64,000 nucleotides of DNA from Deltaproteobacteria bacterium (GCA_040218735.1 JAVJQW010000062.1:32001-96000); one strand, 5' to 3'. Positions 52,756 to 62,112 are shown, counted from the first letter of the stretch. Program-made: numbers and translations. The notes: a model not told the origin generated them from the letters alone.

Positions 52756-55077
52756 TCAGCCTTCATCGAGGACACGTACCTTGGCAATCTCGCCGCCGAG
52801 CTCGCCCTCGATCGCCTTGACGGCGGGGTGCGATTTGGCGGCGCGTTCCTTCTCCCGTCGCGTCGCCTGACGTCCGGCCTCGTGGACCTCGTCGAGCGTC
52901 GCAGGGCGCTCCTGCGAGGGCGCGCCGCCGCCTTTGCTGTGCCGCACCTCGATGCGCGTGGGCGCACCGAAGTACTCCTCGAGGTAACCCTCGAGCGTCT
53001 TCTTGGTGTCGGCGTCCTCGAGTTTGTGGAGATCGAACCGCGTCTCGCAGCCGAGCTCGACGCGGCCCTTCTCGAACGTCAACGGCCGCACCTGAACGAG
53101 CGTCGCCGCGAGCGGCGGGCGCTTCTTCTTCACGAGATCGACGAACGCCTTGAACCGCGCGGGCACCGTCGCCGCGAGCGCGTCGGGCGACGCGTGGCCG
53201 TTGGCGCCGTTGACTCCCGCGGAGTGCGGCGGCTCGTCATAGCCGGGCGCGCCGCGCTCTTCGTAGCCGGGCGGTGGCCCGCGGTCGTGGTCGCCGGCTG
53301 GGTGCGGCGGCTCGTCGTAGCCGGGCGGCGGGCCGTGATCGTCGGCGCGGTAGCCGCCACGATCGTCGGGGCGGCTCGGTCCGCGGTCGTCGCCGCGGTG
53401 ACCACCGCGATCGTCCGGGCGGCTCATGCCGCGGTCGTCGTCGCGGTGTTGACCGCGATCGTCGGGGCGGCCCGGTCCGCGATCGTCCGGGCGGCTCATT
53501 CCGTTGTCGTCGTCGCGGTGGTGACCGCGATCGTCGGGGCGGCCCGGTCCGCGATCGTCCGGGCGCATTCCGTTGTCGTCGTCGCGGTGGTGACCGCGAT
53601 CGTCGGGGCGGCCCGGTCCGCGATCGTCCGGGCGGCTCATCCCACGGTCGTCGGCGCGGTCGTTGCCGCGGTAACGGCCGCGATCGTCCGGGCGGCTCAT
53701 CCCGCGGTTGTCGCCGCGTCCGCGGTCGTCGGCGCGCTGGCTTGCGCGCTCCTCGTACCGGCTCGGGCCCCGCTCACCGCGCCCTTCGAAGCGTGCGCCG
53801 GGGCCGCCGTCACCACGCCCGTCGTCGGCGCGCTGGCGTCCGCGCTCGAAGCGTTCGTAGCCGCCGCGACCACCGCCGCCGCCGCTCCCGCTACTGCCGC
53901 CGCCGCGCGGAGCTGCGCCGCCGTCGAGGCGCGCCTGCACGTTGCGGAGCTCCTCGAGGAGCGCCTCGACCGGGACGCGCGCCGGGGCCTCCGCGATCGA
54001 CGCGAGCTGCACCTCCAGAACGAAGCGCGGGTGCGACGCGCGGCCGACCTCCTCCACCGCTTTGCACAGGTGCTCGAACACCCGCTCCAGCTCGGGGGCC
54101 GGGACGGTCTTCGCGCGGTCCACGAGCGCGTCGATCTCGTCGGACGGGCGGTCGAGGACGTTGCTCGGCGTCGGCACCAGGCGCGCGACGAGGAGGTCGC
54201 GCACATGCTCGACGAGCGCGTCCGCGAACCGCGACAGGTCCAGCCCGCGCTCGTGGACGTCGGAGACGATCTCGATGGCCGCCCCGGGCTCGCGCCCGAG
54301 GATCGCGTCGACGGCGCGCCCCACCAGCGCGGCGTCGACCACGCCGAGCGCGTCGCGGACCAGCGGACCGTCGAGGCGACGCTGCCCGGCGAACGCGAGC
54401 ACCTGCTCGAGCAGCGACTGCGCATCGCGCATGGAGCCCTCGGCCTCGCGCGCGACGAGCGTCAGCGCAGAGGGATCGTGCTCGATGCCCTCCTCGCTCA
54501 GGATGAACGACAACCGCTCCGCGATCCGCGACAGCGCGATGCGCCGGAAGTCGTAGCGCTGGCAGCGCGAGAGGATCGTGACGGGGACCTTGTGGACGTC
54601 GGTCGTCGCGAGCACGAACTTCACGTGCGCGGGCGGCTCCTCCAGCGTCTTCAGGAGCGCGTTGAAGGCGCCCGTCGAGAGCATGTGGACCTCGTCGACG
54701 ACGTAGATCTTGTAGCGCGCCGCGCTCGGGAGGTAGCGGACGTTGTCGATGATCTCGCGGACGTTATCGACGCCCGTGTGTGACGCGGCGTCGATCTCGA
54801 AGACGTCCGTCGAACGCCCGTCGGTGATCTGCTGGCACTGCTGACAGACCCCGCACGGCGTCGCCGTCGGTCCGTCCTGCGCTTCGCAGCACAGCGCCTT
54901 CGCGAGGATCCGCGCCGCCGAAGTCTTTCCGACGCCGCGCGGCCCCGAGAACAGGAACGCGTGGGCGATCCGGTCCGACGCGATGGCGTTGGTGAGCGTC
55001 TGGGTGACGTGCTCTTGCCCGAGGACGTCCGAGAACTGCTGCGGGCGCCACTTGCGAGCGAGGACGACGTAGCTCAT
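52756..55077 (-). CDS. dnaX: DNA polymerase III subunit gamma/tau with a repeat-expanded linker
   Basis: MSYVVLARKWRPQ, GPRGVGKT, DEVHMLS, NALLKTLEEPP, SRC. Confidence 0.97.
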   Translation of the reverse strand: MSYVVLARKWRPQQFSDVLGQEHVTQTLTNAIASDRIAHAFLFSGPRGVGKTSAARILAKALCCEAQDGPTATPCGVCQQCQQITDGRSTDVFEIDAASHTGVDNVREIIDNVRYLPSAARYKIYVVDEVHMLSTGAFNALLKTLEEPPAHVKFVLATTDVHKVPVTILSRCQRYDFRRIALSRIAERLSFILSEEGIEHDPSALTLVAREAEGSMRDAQSLLEQVLAFAGQRRLDGPLVRDALGVVDAALVGRAVDAILGREPGAAIEIVSDVHERGLDLSRFADALVEHVRDLLVARLVPTPSNVLDRPSDEIDALVDRAKTVPAPELERVFEHLCKAVEEVGRASHPRFVLEVQLASIAEAPARVPVEALLEELRNVQARLDGGAAPRGGGSSGSGGGGGRGGYERFERGRQRADDGRGDGGPGARFEGRGERGPSRYEERASQRADDRGRGDNRGMSRPDDRGRYRGNDRADDRGMSRPDDRGPGRPDDRGHHRDDDNGMRPDDRGPGRPDDRGHHRDDDNGMSRPDDRGPGRPDDRGQHRDDDRGMSRPDDRGGHRGDDRGPSRPDDRGGYRADDHGPPPGYDEPPHPAGDHDRGPPPGYEERGAPGYDEPPHSAGVNGANGHASPDALAATVPARFKAFVDLVKKKRPPLAATLVQVRPLTFEKGRVELGCETRFDLHKLEDADTKKTLEGYLEEYFGAPTRIEVRHSKGGGAPSQERPATLDEVHEAGRQATRREKERAAKSHPAVKAIEGELGGEIAKVRVLDEG
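53340..53730 (-). repeat. Coding tandem repeat in dnaX (8-aa RGxxRPDD units, grouped into approximately 24-aa / 72-bp units)
   Basis: Near-identical DNA units gtcgcggtg.tgaccgcgatcgtcggggcggcccggtccgcgatcgtccgggcg recur at about 53440, 53510 and 53580. Confidence 0.85.
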
Positions 55078-55099
55078 CGAAGGGCCCGGGCGAAGAAGT

Positions 55100-55200
55100 G
55101 ATCGCCAGGCACCCTACAACACACGTGCTAAGCTCCTACCGTTGCTTCCTTCCGGACCTGGCGGGGTTCAGAGCCGCCCGTTGCGTAGGACCCGGCGACC
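55100..55200 (-). ncRNA. ffs: Signal recognition particle RNA (4.5S)
   Basis: Minus strand reads ...GCCAGGTCCGGAAGGAAGCAAC..., the conserved helix 8. Ends pair (GGTCGCCGGG / CCTGGCGATC). Lies upstream of dnaX. Confidence 0.93.
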
Positions 55201-55307
55201 GAGGCGGACACTAAGCACCCAACGGGGTCACAGGCAAGACAATCCGGCGTCGTCATGTCCGGCGTTGCCATCTCGTTCTTCATTCGCTACACAGCGGGCC
55301 GATTTCA

Positions 55308-55394
55308 GGAGAGGTGGCCGAGTGGCTTAAGGTGCACGACTGGAAATCGTGTGTGCTGGAAACAGTACCGAGGGTTCGAATCCCTCTCTCTCCG
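55308..55394 (+). tRNA. tRNA-Ser(GGA)
   Basis: GGAGAGG acceptor; anticodon arm CACGA-CTGGAAA-TCGTG; long variable arm; GGTTCGAATCC; CCA not encoded. Confidence 0.96.
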
Positions 55395-55417
55395 TCCCCT
55401 GCCTTCGACGTCGCCCG

Positions 55418-56299
55418 CTACTCGGGTGGGCTCAGCATCAACTCGCCGTTTCGGTAGGCCTGCATCACGAGGTCGAACAGCTCGTCGTCGCTGGCGTCCG
55501 GATTGGCCACGGCGATGCGTCGCCCGACGGCGTTGTTGTGTAGGTCCATCGCCTGGTCGGCCTCGGGGGTGTCCGAGCCGGTCTCGTGCGCCGTCGCAAA
55601 CGCGTCCGCGAACTCGGCGCCCGCGCGCCTCGTCATGATCGCGTTCCAGTAGGCGTGCCGGAAGGCGTCAGCGTCCCCGCCGCCGAGCCCGTCGAGACCG
55701 GTTCGCGCAGCGGCGTCGTGGGCCAGCTGCGGCGTGTCGGCGACCGCCAACATCTGGAGCGGATGCCGCAACGCCACTTCCAGCTCGTGCGGGTTCAGAC
55801 GCGGAGCGGGCCCCGCCGGCGCGGGCTGTTGTCCGAGCAACCCACCGCCCTTCTGCGGGTCCGGCGCAGCCTCACCCAGCGGCCACGGGGCTTCGTCCAT
55901 CTCCACCGCGTTCGCGGGCGGGAACCCGGGATGCCCGAGCCCCTGGAGCATCTGGCCCTCGTCGAGCTCCACCGCGTTCGCCGGCGGGACCCCGGGCTGG
56001 CCCTGCGCCTGGATCAGCTGCTCTGGCCCGGCGGCGGGCACCACATTCGGATCGAACGCGCCGTCACCGAGCATGAACGCCCGCATGGCTTGCTCGTCCA
56101 CGCGGCGGGTCGTGCGCGCCAGCGCGCGGCTCTCGGCGGTCGGCGTTTCGACGGCGCCGCCGGCGAGCCGCTCTTCGATCGGCCGCACCTCGGGCGGCAG
56201 CTCCGCCTGCGCGAGCTGGGTGGGTGATTCGTCCTCGAGACGGAGGTCCGGGCTCCTACCGAGGGTCGGGCTCCTGCCCGTATCGACACTCGTCGTCAT
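55418..56299 (-). CDS. Protein with low-complexity N-terminus and C-terminal DUF6973-like (AFRH..HE..MDLHNN) domain
   Basis: Likely start MTTSVD. C-terminus DAFRHAYWNAIM...FATAHE...MDLHNNAVGR; two internal PG.PPANAVE.DE repeats. Confidence 0.75.
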   Translation of the reverse strand: MTTSVDTGRSPTLGRSPDLRLEDESPTQLAQAELPPEVRPIEERLAGGAVETPTAESRALARTTRRVDEQAMRAFMLGDGAFDPNVVPAAGPEQLIQAQGQPGVPPANAVELDEGQMLQGLGHPGFPPANAVEMDEAPWPLGEAAPDPQKGGGLLGQQPAPAGPAPRLNPHELEVALRHPLQMLAVADTPQLAHDAAARTGLDGLGGGDADAFRHAYWNAIMTRRAGAEFADAFATAHETGSDTPEADQAMDLHNNAVGRRIAVANPDASDDELFDLVMQAYRNGELMLSPPE

Positions 56300-56386
56300 G
56301 CCCGGTGCAGCATGCGATGCGCACACCAACGCGATGGGACTCGTGTCCCGCCGCAGATGTGACGGGTGCACCCAACACCCGACGGC

Positions 56387-56518
56387 TCATTCCGGCAGAC
56401 TCGTCAGCAGCTCACCGCGCCGGTGGGCCCGCATCACCCGATCGAACAGCGAGGCCTCCGAGGCGTCCGGGTCGTCGAGCGCGATGCGCCGTCCGACCGC
56501 GTCGTTGTGCAGGTCCAT
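56387..56518 (-). pseudogene. Orphan 43-codon copy of the C-terminus of the downstream DUF6973-like gene
   Basis: MDLHNDAVGRRIALDDPDASEASLFDRVMRAHRRGELLTSLPE*; 29/43 residues identical, ungapped, to the product of 55418-55549. Confidence 0.8.
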
Positions 56519-56566
56519 CGTCTGGTGCGCACCCGCCGCCGCACCATGCCGTGCCGGCTCAGCCCA

Positions 56567-57019
56567 TCAACGCCGCGCCGCGAAGAACGCCTTCAAGACC
56601 TCGGAGCACTCCGCCGCCATCACCCCGCCCTTCACGTCGGCGCGGTGATTGAGTCGCGGGTCCGCCAGCACCGCGTAGAGCGACTGCACGGCGCCGGCCT
56701 TCGGATCCGCGGCGCCGTACACGACGCGCCCGACGCGCGCATTCACGATCGCACCCGCGCACATGACACACGGCTCGAGGGTCACGTAGAGCGTGCACTC
56801 GGACAGGCGCCAGCGCTCCAGCGTCCGACCGGCGCGCGCCATCGCGAGGAGCTCGGCGTGGGAGGTCGGGTCGAAGGACGACTCGCGTTCGTTGTGCGCG
56901 CGGACGACGATCTCCTTGCCGAGGGTCACGACCGCCCCCACCGGCACCTCACCGATCGACGCGGCGCGCTCCGCCTCCCGGAGCGCGAGCGCCATCATCG
57001 CCTCGTCGAAGGCCTTCAC
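56567..57019 (-). CDS. tadA: tRNA adenosine(34) deaminase
   Basis: GEVPVGAV, HAE, TLEPCVMCAGA, DPKAGA, FF..RR end. Confidence 0.95.
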   Translation of the reverse strand: MKAFDEAMMALALREAERAASIGEVPVGAVVTLGKEIVVRAHNERESSFDPTSHAELLAMARAGRTLERWRLSECTLYVTLEPCVMCAGAIVNARVGRVVYGAADPKAGAVQSLYAVLADPRLNHRADVKGGVMAAECSEVLKAFFAARR

Positions 57020-57966
57020 GCCTGGTGTTCGGGGTGCGACGGAACCACCAACACGGAGACGTTCGAGGAGCGCAGCACCTTGGCGGTCGTCGAGCCGAGC
57101 TCGATGAAGGGCGCGATGTGGCGGCCGTGCGTGCCGACGACGATCAGCGAGGCGCCGACCTCGTCCGCGACCGCGCAGATCTGATCCTCCGGGTCACCCC
57201 GTTCGACGCGCTGCTGGATCTCGATACCGCTGTCCGCGTGGGTCTTGGCGATCGCCGCCAGGGACGCCCGCGCCCCCTCGGCCATCGCGGCCCGAATCTC
57301 GTCGACCGCTTCCTGGCCTTCGGTGTCCGCACCCACGATCGGGACGTCGGAGAGGTCCTCGCACGTCATCAGCGTCACCACCGGCTTGCGCTTCTTCAGC
57401 GCACGTAGACCTTCGATCGCGACCCGCACCACCTCGGCGGCCTCGGCGTGGAGATCGACCGCGATGACGACGTTCAGCAGCGCCTTCAGCTCTTCGTCCG
57501 GCGTGACGCCATCGTTACCCGTCGGCATCACGATCACCGGGACCTTCGTCCCGCGCACGATCGACTCCGCGACGCTCCCCTTCAGCCACCGCCGCACGCC
57601 CTTGCGCGCGTGGGTGCCGACGGCCAACAACGTCACGCCGCTCTCGGCGCAGACCTCGGGGATGACACGCGTCGGCGCCCCCTCGACGATCCGGGTCTCG
57701 ACCGCCACACCCTCGGGCGCGCCGACCTCGTCGACCATCGCGTCGAGCTGCTTTTGGGCGCTGCTCTGGATCCGCTCCTGGAGCGCCTCGAGGCGCGCGC
57801 GGACGACGGGCTGGTCGCCGGTCGGGAGCACGACCTCCTCGACCGAGTGCATCACGGTCAGCTTCGGCGTTCCGCCCATGCGGGCGAGCCGAAACGCCGC
57901 CTTGAGAGCGACACGCGAAGGCTCCGAGAAGTCGACGGCCAACGCGAGGTGATCGAACAGCGCCAT
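57016..57966 (-). CDS. Tandem-domain universal stress protein
   Basis: MALFDHLALAVDFS; GTHAR..GSVAE; second domain GDPED..VGTHGR..GSTTAKVLR. Confidence 0.9.
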   Translation of the reverse strand: MALFDHLALAVDFSEPSRVALKAAFRLARMGGTPKLTVMHSVEEVVLPTGDQPVVRARLEALQERIQSSAQKQLDAMVDEVGAPEGVAVETRIVEGAPTRVIPEVCAESGVTLLAVGTHARKGVRRWLKGSVAESIVRGTKVPVIVMPTGNDGVTPDEELKALLNVVIAVDLHAEAAEVVRVAIEGLRALKKRKPVVTLMTCEDLSDVPIVGADTEGQEAVDEIRAAMAEGARASLAAIAKTHADSGIEIQQRVERGDPEDQICAVADEVGASLIVVGTHGRHIAPFIELGSTTAKVLRSSNVSVLVVPSHPEHQA

Positions 57967-57989
57967 GGCCTTTGAGTATCTTCGTCGCG

Positions 57990-58961
57990 TCAGTACAACA
58001 AGAGCTGCGTCAGCGCGGCCTCGATCTTGTCCGCATTCGGCAGGACGAAGCCCTCCATCCCGCGCTCGGCCGGCGTCGGGGTGTCGAGCGCCGCGACGCG
58101 ACGCACCGGGGCGTCGAGGCGGTCGAACGCCAGATCCGCGATCGTCGCCGCGATCTCCCCGCCGAAGCCGGAGGTCCGCGACGCCTCGTGCACGACGAGC
58201 ACGCGCCCGGTCTTGTCGACGGAGCGCATCACCGTCTGCCAGTCCCACGGCACGAGGGTGCGGAGGTCGATCACCTCGACGTCGTACCCGCGGGTCGCGA
58301 GCGCGTCGGCGGCGGCCAAGGACATCGACACGGTGTTCGCGTAGGTCACCACCGTCGCGTGTGTCCCCTCGCGCGCGACGTGCGCGCGGCCGAAGGGGAT
58401 CGCATCGACGCCCTCGAGCTCGTCCTTCTCGCGGCGGTACAGGTACTTCTGCTCCAGGTAGATCACCGGATCGGGATCGCGGATCGCGCTGAGCATCAGC
58501 CCCTTCGCGTCGCGCGGCGTCGCGGGCGCGACGACCTTCAGCCCCGGCGTGTGTGTGAACCACGCCTCGGGGTTCTTGGAGTGGAACGGACCGCCGCCGA
58601 CCTGCCCGCCCGCCGGGAGGCGCACGACCATCGGGACCGCGACGCCGAGCCGGTAGTGAAACGTCGATGCGTTGTACGCGAGCTGCGAGAAACCACACGC
58701 GACGAAGTCCGCGAACTGCATCTCGGCCACAGGCCGCAGCCCCCGGATCGCCGCGCCGATCGCGACGCCGAGGATCAGGCCCTCGGCGATCGGCGTGTCG
58801 ACGACGCGGCCGCGGCCGTACTTTTCGAGGAGCCCTTCGGTCGCCTTGAACGCGCCGCCGAAGTGGCCGATGTCCTCGCCGATGCAGAACACCCGCGCGT
58901 CGCGCTCCATCTCCTCGTCGAGGGCTTCGCGGATCGCCGCGACGTAGGTCGACGCGCTCAC
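57990..58961 (-). CDS. 2-oxoacid dehydrogenase E1 beta subunit
   Basis: GTG at 58961; GEDIG..GGAF, DTPIAE, EMQFADF, GPFHS, IDLRTL.P. Confidence 0.93.
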   Translation of the reverse strand: MSASTYVAAIREALDEEMERDARVFCIGEDIGHFGGAFKATEGLLEKYGRGRVVDTPIAEGLILGVAIGAAIRGLRPVAEMQFADFVACGFSQLAYNASTFHYRLGVAVPMVVRLPAGGQVGGGPFHSKNPEAWFTHTPGLKVVAPATPRDAKGLMLSAIRDPDPVIYLEQKYLYRREKDELEGVDAIPFGRAHVAREGTHATVVTYANTVSMSLAAADALATRGYDVEVIDLRTLVPWDWQTVMRSVDKTGRVLVVHEASRTSGFGGEIAATIADLAFDRLDAPVRRVAALDTPTPAERGMEGFVLPNADKIEAALTQLLLY

Positions 58962-60058
58962 GAGTCCAGCTCCCAGTCCTCGCCGGAGGGCACCGTCCAC
59001 TCCGGCGCCCAGTGGCGGAAGACACCCTCCCCGCCGGACTCCGGCTTGGGCATCGGGTCCGCGCGGGCGATGTCGATCGCACGCTCGATCTCCGTGTCGA
59101 TGTCCTCGCCGACGGAGCGGCGCTCGTCGGCGGTGAGGACGTGGTGTTCCTCGAGGTAGCGCTCGAAGCGCTCGATCGGGTCCCAACGCCACCACGCTTC
59201 GAGCAGATCCGAAGGGACGTACTTGAAGTCGTCGTGCTCCGAGTGCCCGCGCGCGCGCATCGTCACGGACTCGATCAGCGTCGGCCCTTCGCCGCGACGC
59301 GCGCGGGTGTAGGCGCGGCGGGCGGCGTCGTAGACCTCGATCGCGTCGGTGCCGTCGACCGTTTCACCCGGCATCCCGTAGCCCATCGCGCGGTCCGAGA
59401 GTTTGTCGCACGCGTACTGCAGCGAAACCGGCGTCGAGTACGCGTACTGGTTGTTCACGATGACGAACAGCACCGGCAGCTTCTGCACCGCGGCGAAGTT
59501 GAGCGCCTCGTGGAAGTCGCCGAGCGAGGTCGCGCCGTCGCCCACCGTGGTGAGCACGCAGCTGTTGCGACCGAGCTGACGCTCCGCGAGCGCGACCCCC
59601 ACCGCGACGGGCGCCATGTGCGCGAGGTGCGAAATCATCCCGACGATGTTCGAGCCCTCCGCGCCCATGTGCAGGCTGGAGTCCTTGCCGCGCGTCGCCC
59701 CCGTCGCGCGCTTCAGATACTGCTGCATGATCTGGAGCGGCGTGTGGCCGCGGACCACGTGCGAGCCCATGTCGCGGTGGGTCGGCACGAGGACGTCGTG
59801 CTCGGCGAGTGGCCACGCGGTCGCGACGCTCGTCGCTTCGTTACCGATGCCGGTGTAGCAGCCGCCGGTGACGATGCCCTGCCGGTACAGCTCGATGACG
59901 CGCCGCTCGATTCGACGCGACGTGATCATCGCGCGGTACAGACCGACGGCGTCCGCGTTCGACGGGTGGCGGTCCGACGGGACGCGCTTGCCGATGGGGC
60001 CCGGATCCGAGGTCGGCGGCGCCGGGTGCACTACGGGAGGGGGACGTGCGGCGCTCAA
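58958..60058 (-). CDS. 2-oxoacid dehydrogenase E1 alpha subunit (TPP-dependent)
   Basis: GDGATS...NN TPP motif; R..GHSEHDD. Confidence 0.93.
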   Translation of the reverse strand: MSAARPPPVVHPAPPTSDPGPIGKRVPSDRHPSNADAVGLYRAMITSRRIERRVIELYRQGIVTGGCYTGIGNEATSVATAWPLAEHDVLVPTHRDMGSHVVRGHTPLQIMQQYLKRATGATRGKDSSLHMGAEGSNIVGMISHLAHMAPVAVGVALAERQLGRNSCVLTTVGDGATSLGDFHEALNFAAVQKLPVLFVIVNNQYAYSTPVSLQYACDKLSDRAMGYGMPGETVDGTDAIEVYDAARRAYTRARRGEGPTLIESVTMRARGHSEHDDFKYVPSDLLEAWWRWDPIERFERYLEEHHVLTADERRSVGEDIDTEIERAIDIARADPMPKPESGGEGVFRHWAPEWTVPSGEDWELDS

Positions 60059-60126
60059 GGGGTCGCGAGTCTCGTGAGCACGCTCGACGACGTCAAGGGG
60101 ATCGCGATGTGCTAAAGAGGCGGGCC

Positions 60127-61530
60127 GTGACGATCCCGGTCGTGATGCCGCAGCTCGGGGAGAGCATCGTCGAGGCGACGCTCGTGCACTGGCGCGTCGA
60201 GGTCGGGGCGCGCGTCGAGCGCGGCGCGCCGATCGCCGACGTGGAGACCGACAAGGCGACGAGCGAGCTGCTCGCGCCGGCCACGGGCCGCCTCACGCGA
60301 CACCTGGTCGAAGCCGGCACGACGGTGGACGTCGGGACCCCCGTCGCGGAGCTCGAAGCGGAGGACGCGGCCGCGCCCCGCACCGCGTCGACCCTCCCCG
60401 CGCAGCGTGCCCAGCGCGACGCGCCGACCGCACCCGCGCGCCCGCCCGACCCGTCGACCGCCGGTCGGCTGACGCGGGACTACGGCGAGGCGGAGCGCGG
60501 CGGCCCACCGCGACACTCCCCGGCGGTGCGTCGCCTCGCGCGGATGCACGGGATCGATCTGGACGGCCTGGTCGGCTCGGGCCGCAACGGTCGCGTCACG
60601 CGCGACGACCTCCTCGCGATGGTCGAGGGCACGGCGCCGACGCCCATCGTGCGCAGCACGCCTCCGACGCTGCCACCGGCGCCGAGGACGCGCGAGATCG
60701 TGGCGCCCACCGCTCCGCCCGCGCCGTCGATCCCGCCGCCCGTGGCGCGCGAGCAGCTCACGCCCTTCGAGACCGCGCTCCCGAGCCCCGTCGAGCCGCG
60801 GACCTACCGGCCGACCCGCTACGTCCCGCAGCCGGACGACGAGATCGTCCCGTTCACGCGGCGCCGCATGTGGATCGCGGAGCACATGGTCCACAGCCTC
60901 GGCGTGTCGGCGCACGTCGCGACGGTTACGGAGATCGACATGTCGCGCGTCGCGCGCGCGCGCGCCGACGCGAAGGCGGACGCCGCGAGCCGCGGCTTCG
61001 AGCTGACGTACATGCCGTACATCGTGTCGGCCGTCGCGGACGCGCTCGCGGCCTACCCGGAGCTCAACGCGACGGTCCTCGACGAGCAGCTCGTGCTGCG
61101 CGGCGACCGCAACATCGGCATCGCGGTCGACACGTCGGAGGGGCTCGCGGTGTTCGTGGTGAAACGCGCCGACGAGCTCGGGTTGTTCGGCATCGCGCGC
61201 GCGATGCACACCATGGCGGCGCGCGCCCGCGCCGGCGCGCTGGAGCCGGACGACACCGCCGGCGGCTCGTTCACGATCAGCAACCCCGGCAAGGACGGGA
61301 ACCTGTTCGGCGTCTCGATCATCCGCCAGCCGGAGGTCGGCATCCTGCGCATCGGCGCGATCGTGAAGCGCCCGGTGGTCCGCCAGATCGACGGCGAAGA
61401 CGCGATCGTGATCCGCCCGATGATGTACGCGTGCCTGTCCTACGATCACCGCGTGATCGACGGACGCACCGGCAACGCCTTCCTCTCGCGCATCGCGTCG
61501 CGCCTCGCGACGTGGGGCGACCGGGACTGA
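60127..61530 (+). CDS. Dihydrolipoamide acyltransferase E2
   Basis: MPQLGES, lipoyl ETDKA, SPAVRRLA E3-binding domain, DHRVIDG active site. Confidence 0.93.
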   Translation: MTIPVVMPQLGESIVEATLVHWRVEVGARVERGAPIADVETDKATSELLAPATGRLTRHLVEAGTTVDVGTPVAELEAEDAAAPRTASTLPAQRAQRDAPTAPARPPDPSTAGRLTRDYGEAERGGPPRHSPAVRRLARMHGIDLDGLVGSGRNGRVTRDDLLAMVEGTAPTPIVRSTPPTLPPAPRTREIVAPTAPPAPSIPPPVAREQLTPFETALPSPVEPRTYRPTRYVPQPDDEIVPFTRRRMWIAEHMVHSLGVSAHVATVTEIDMSRVARARADAKADAASRGFELTYMPYIVSAVADALAAYPELNATVLDEQLVLRGDRNIGIAVDTSEGLAVFVVKRADELGLFGIARAMHTMAARARAGALEPDDTAGGSFTISNPGKDGNLFGVSIIRQPEVGILRIGAIVKRPVVRQIDGEDAIVIRPMMYACLSYDHRVIDGRTGNAFLSRIASRLATWGDRD

Positions 61531-61560
61531 TCGGGGACGGCTCGGGGCCGACCGGAACGC

Positions 61561-62112
61561 TCAGGAGCCGATGACGTCCGGCTTTCGGACATCCGGGTTC
61601 GGCGCGACGCTCAGCACGTGCCGCGGGAACTGCTCCACGAGGAAGTTCACGATGTCCCGAACGGAAACCACGCCGACGGGTTTCTTCGTAATGTCGACCA
61701 GCGGCACGTGACGGAACCCGCCGACGGTCATCTTGTTGAGCGCGACGGCGATCGTGTCGTGGAACGCGACCGCCTCGGGATCGCGGGTCATCACCTCCCC
61801 GATCGGGGTGCTGGGATCCGCGTGCCCGTAGACGCGCCGGAGCACGTCGCGCTCCGTGAAGATGCCGGTGAGCACGCCGTCCTTCGTGACGAGCACGCAA
61901 CCGTGGTTGCGATCGGCGAGGCCCTGCACGACGTCGCCGACGCGCGCGTCCTCCGTGACGCAGACCGGCTCCGTCGTGCCGATGTCCTCGAGCGTCCGTG
62001 ACAGCAGCTCGGCCGAAAAACCGTCCTGGTCTTCGGTCGGCTCGGCTTCGTAGGCCTCGGTGAACTCGCTGGTGTTCGTGATCCCGAGATCCTCGTCCTG
62101 GATGATGCCCAT
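61561..62112 (-). CDS. CBS-pair protein
   Basis: GIFTERD, VMTRDP, GFRHVPLVD, GVVSVRD. Confidence 0.9.
   Translation of the reverse strand: MGIIQDEDLGITNTSEFTEAYEAEPTEDQDGFSAELLSRTLEDIGTTEPVCVTEDARVGDVVQGLADRNHGCVLVTKDGVLTGIFTERDVLRRVYGHADPSTPIGEVMTRDPEAVAFHDTIAVALNKMTVGGFRHVPLVDITKKPVGVVSVRDIVNFLVEQFPRHVLSVAPNPDVRKPDVIGS

Noticed and set aside
53340-53730. Repeats as a CRISPR array
   Set aside because: They are in-frame coding repeats inside dnaX with no unique spacers, and no cas genes are present.
52756-55077. Programmed frameshift producing the DnaX gamma subunit
   Set aside because: No A-AAA-AAG motif or long A run seen on the coding strand.
55418-56518. Duplicated segment as a diversity-generating retroelement TR/VR pair
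   Set aside because: Mismatches are not confined to adenines and no reverse transcriptase is present in the window.
55394-56566. Integrative element at tRNA-Ser
   Set aside because: No integrase and no duplicated tRNA 3' end (att site) found.
56540-56569. Selenocysteine recoding of the tadA TGA via the downstream hairpin
   Set aside because: TadA ends at its normal FFxxRR terminus, the position is not a Cys-equivalent site, and such hairpins are common at this GC content.
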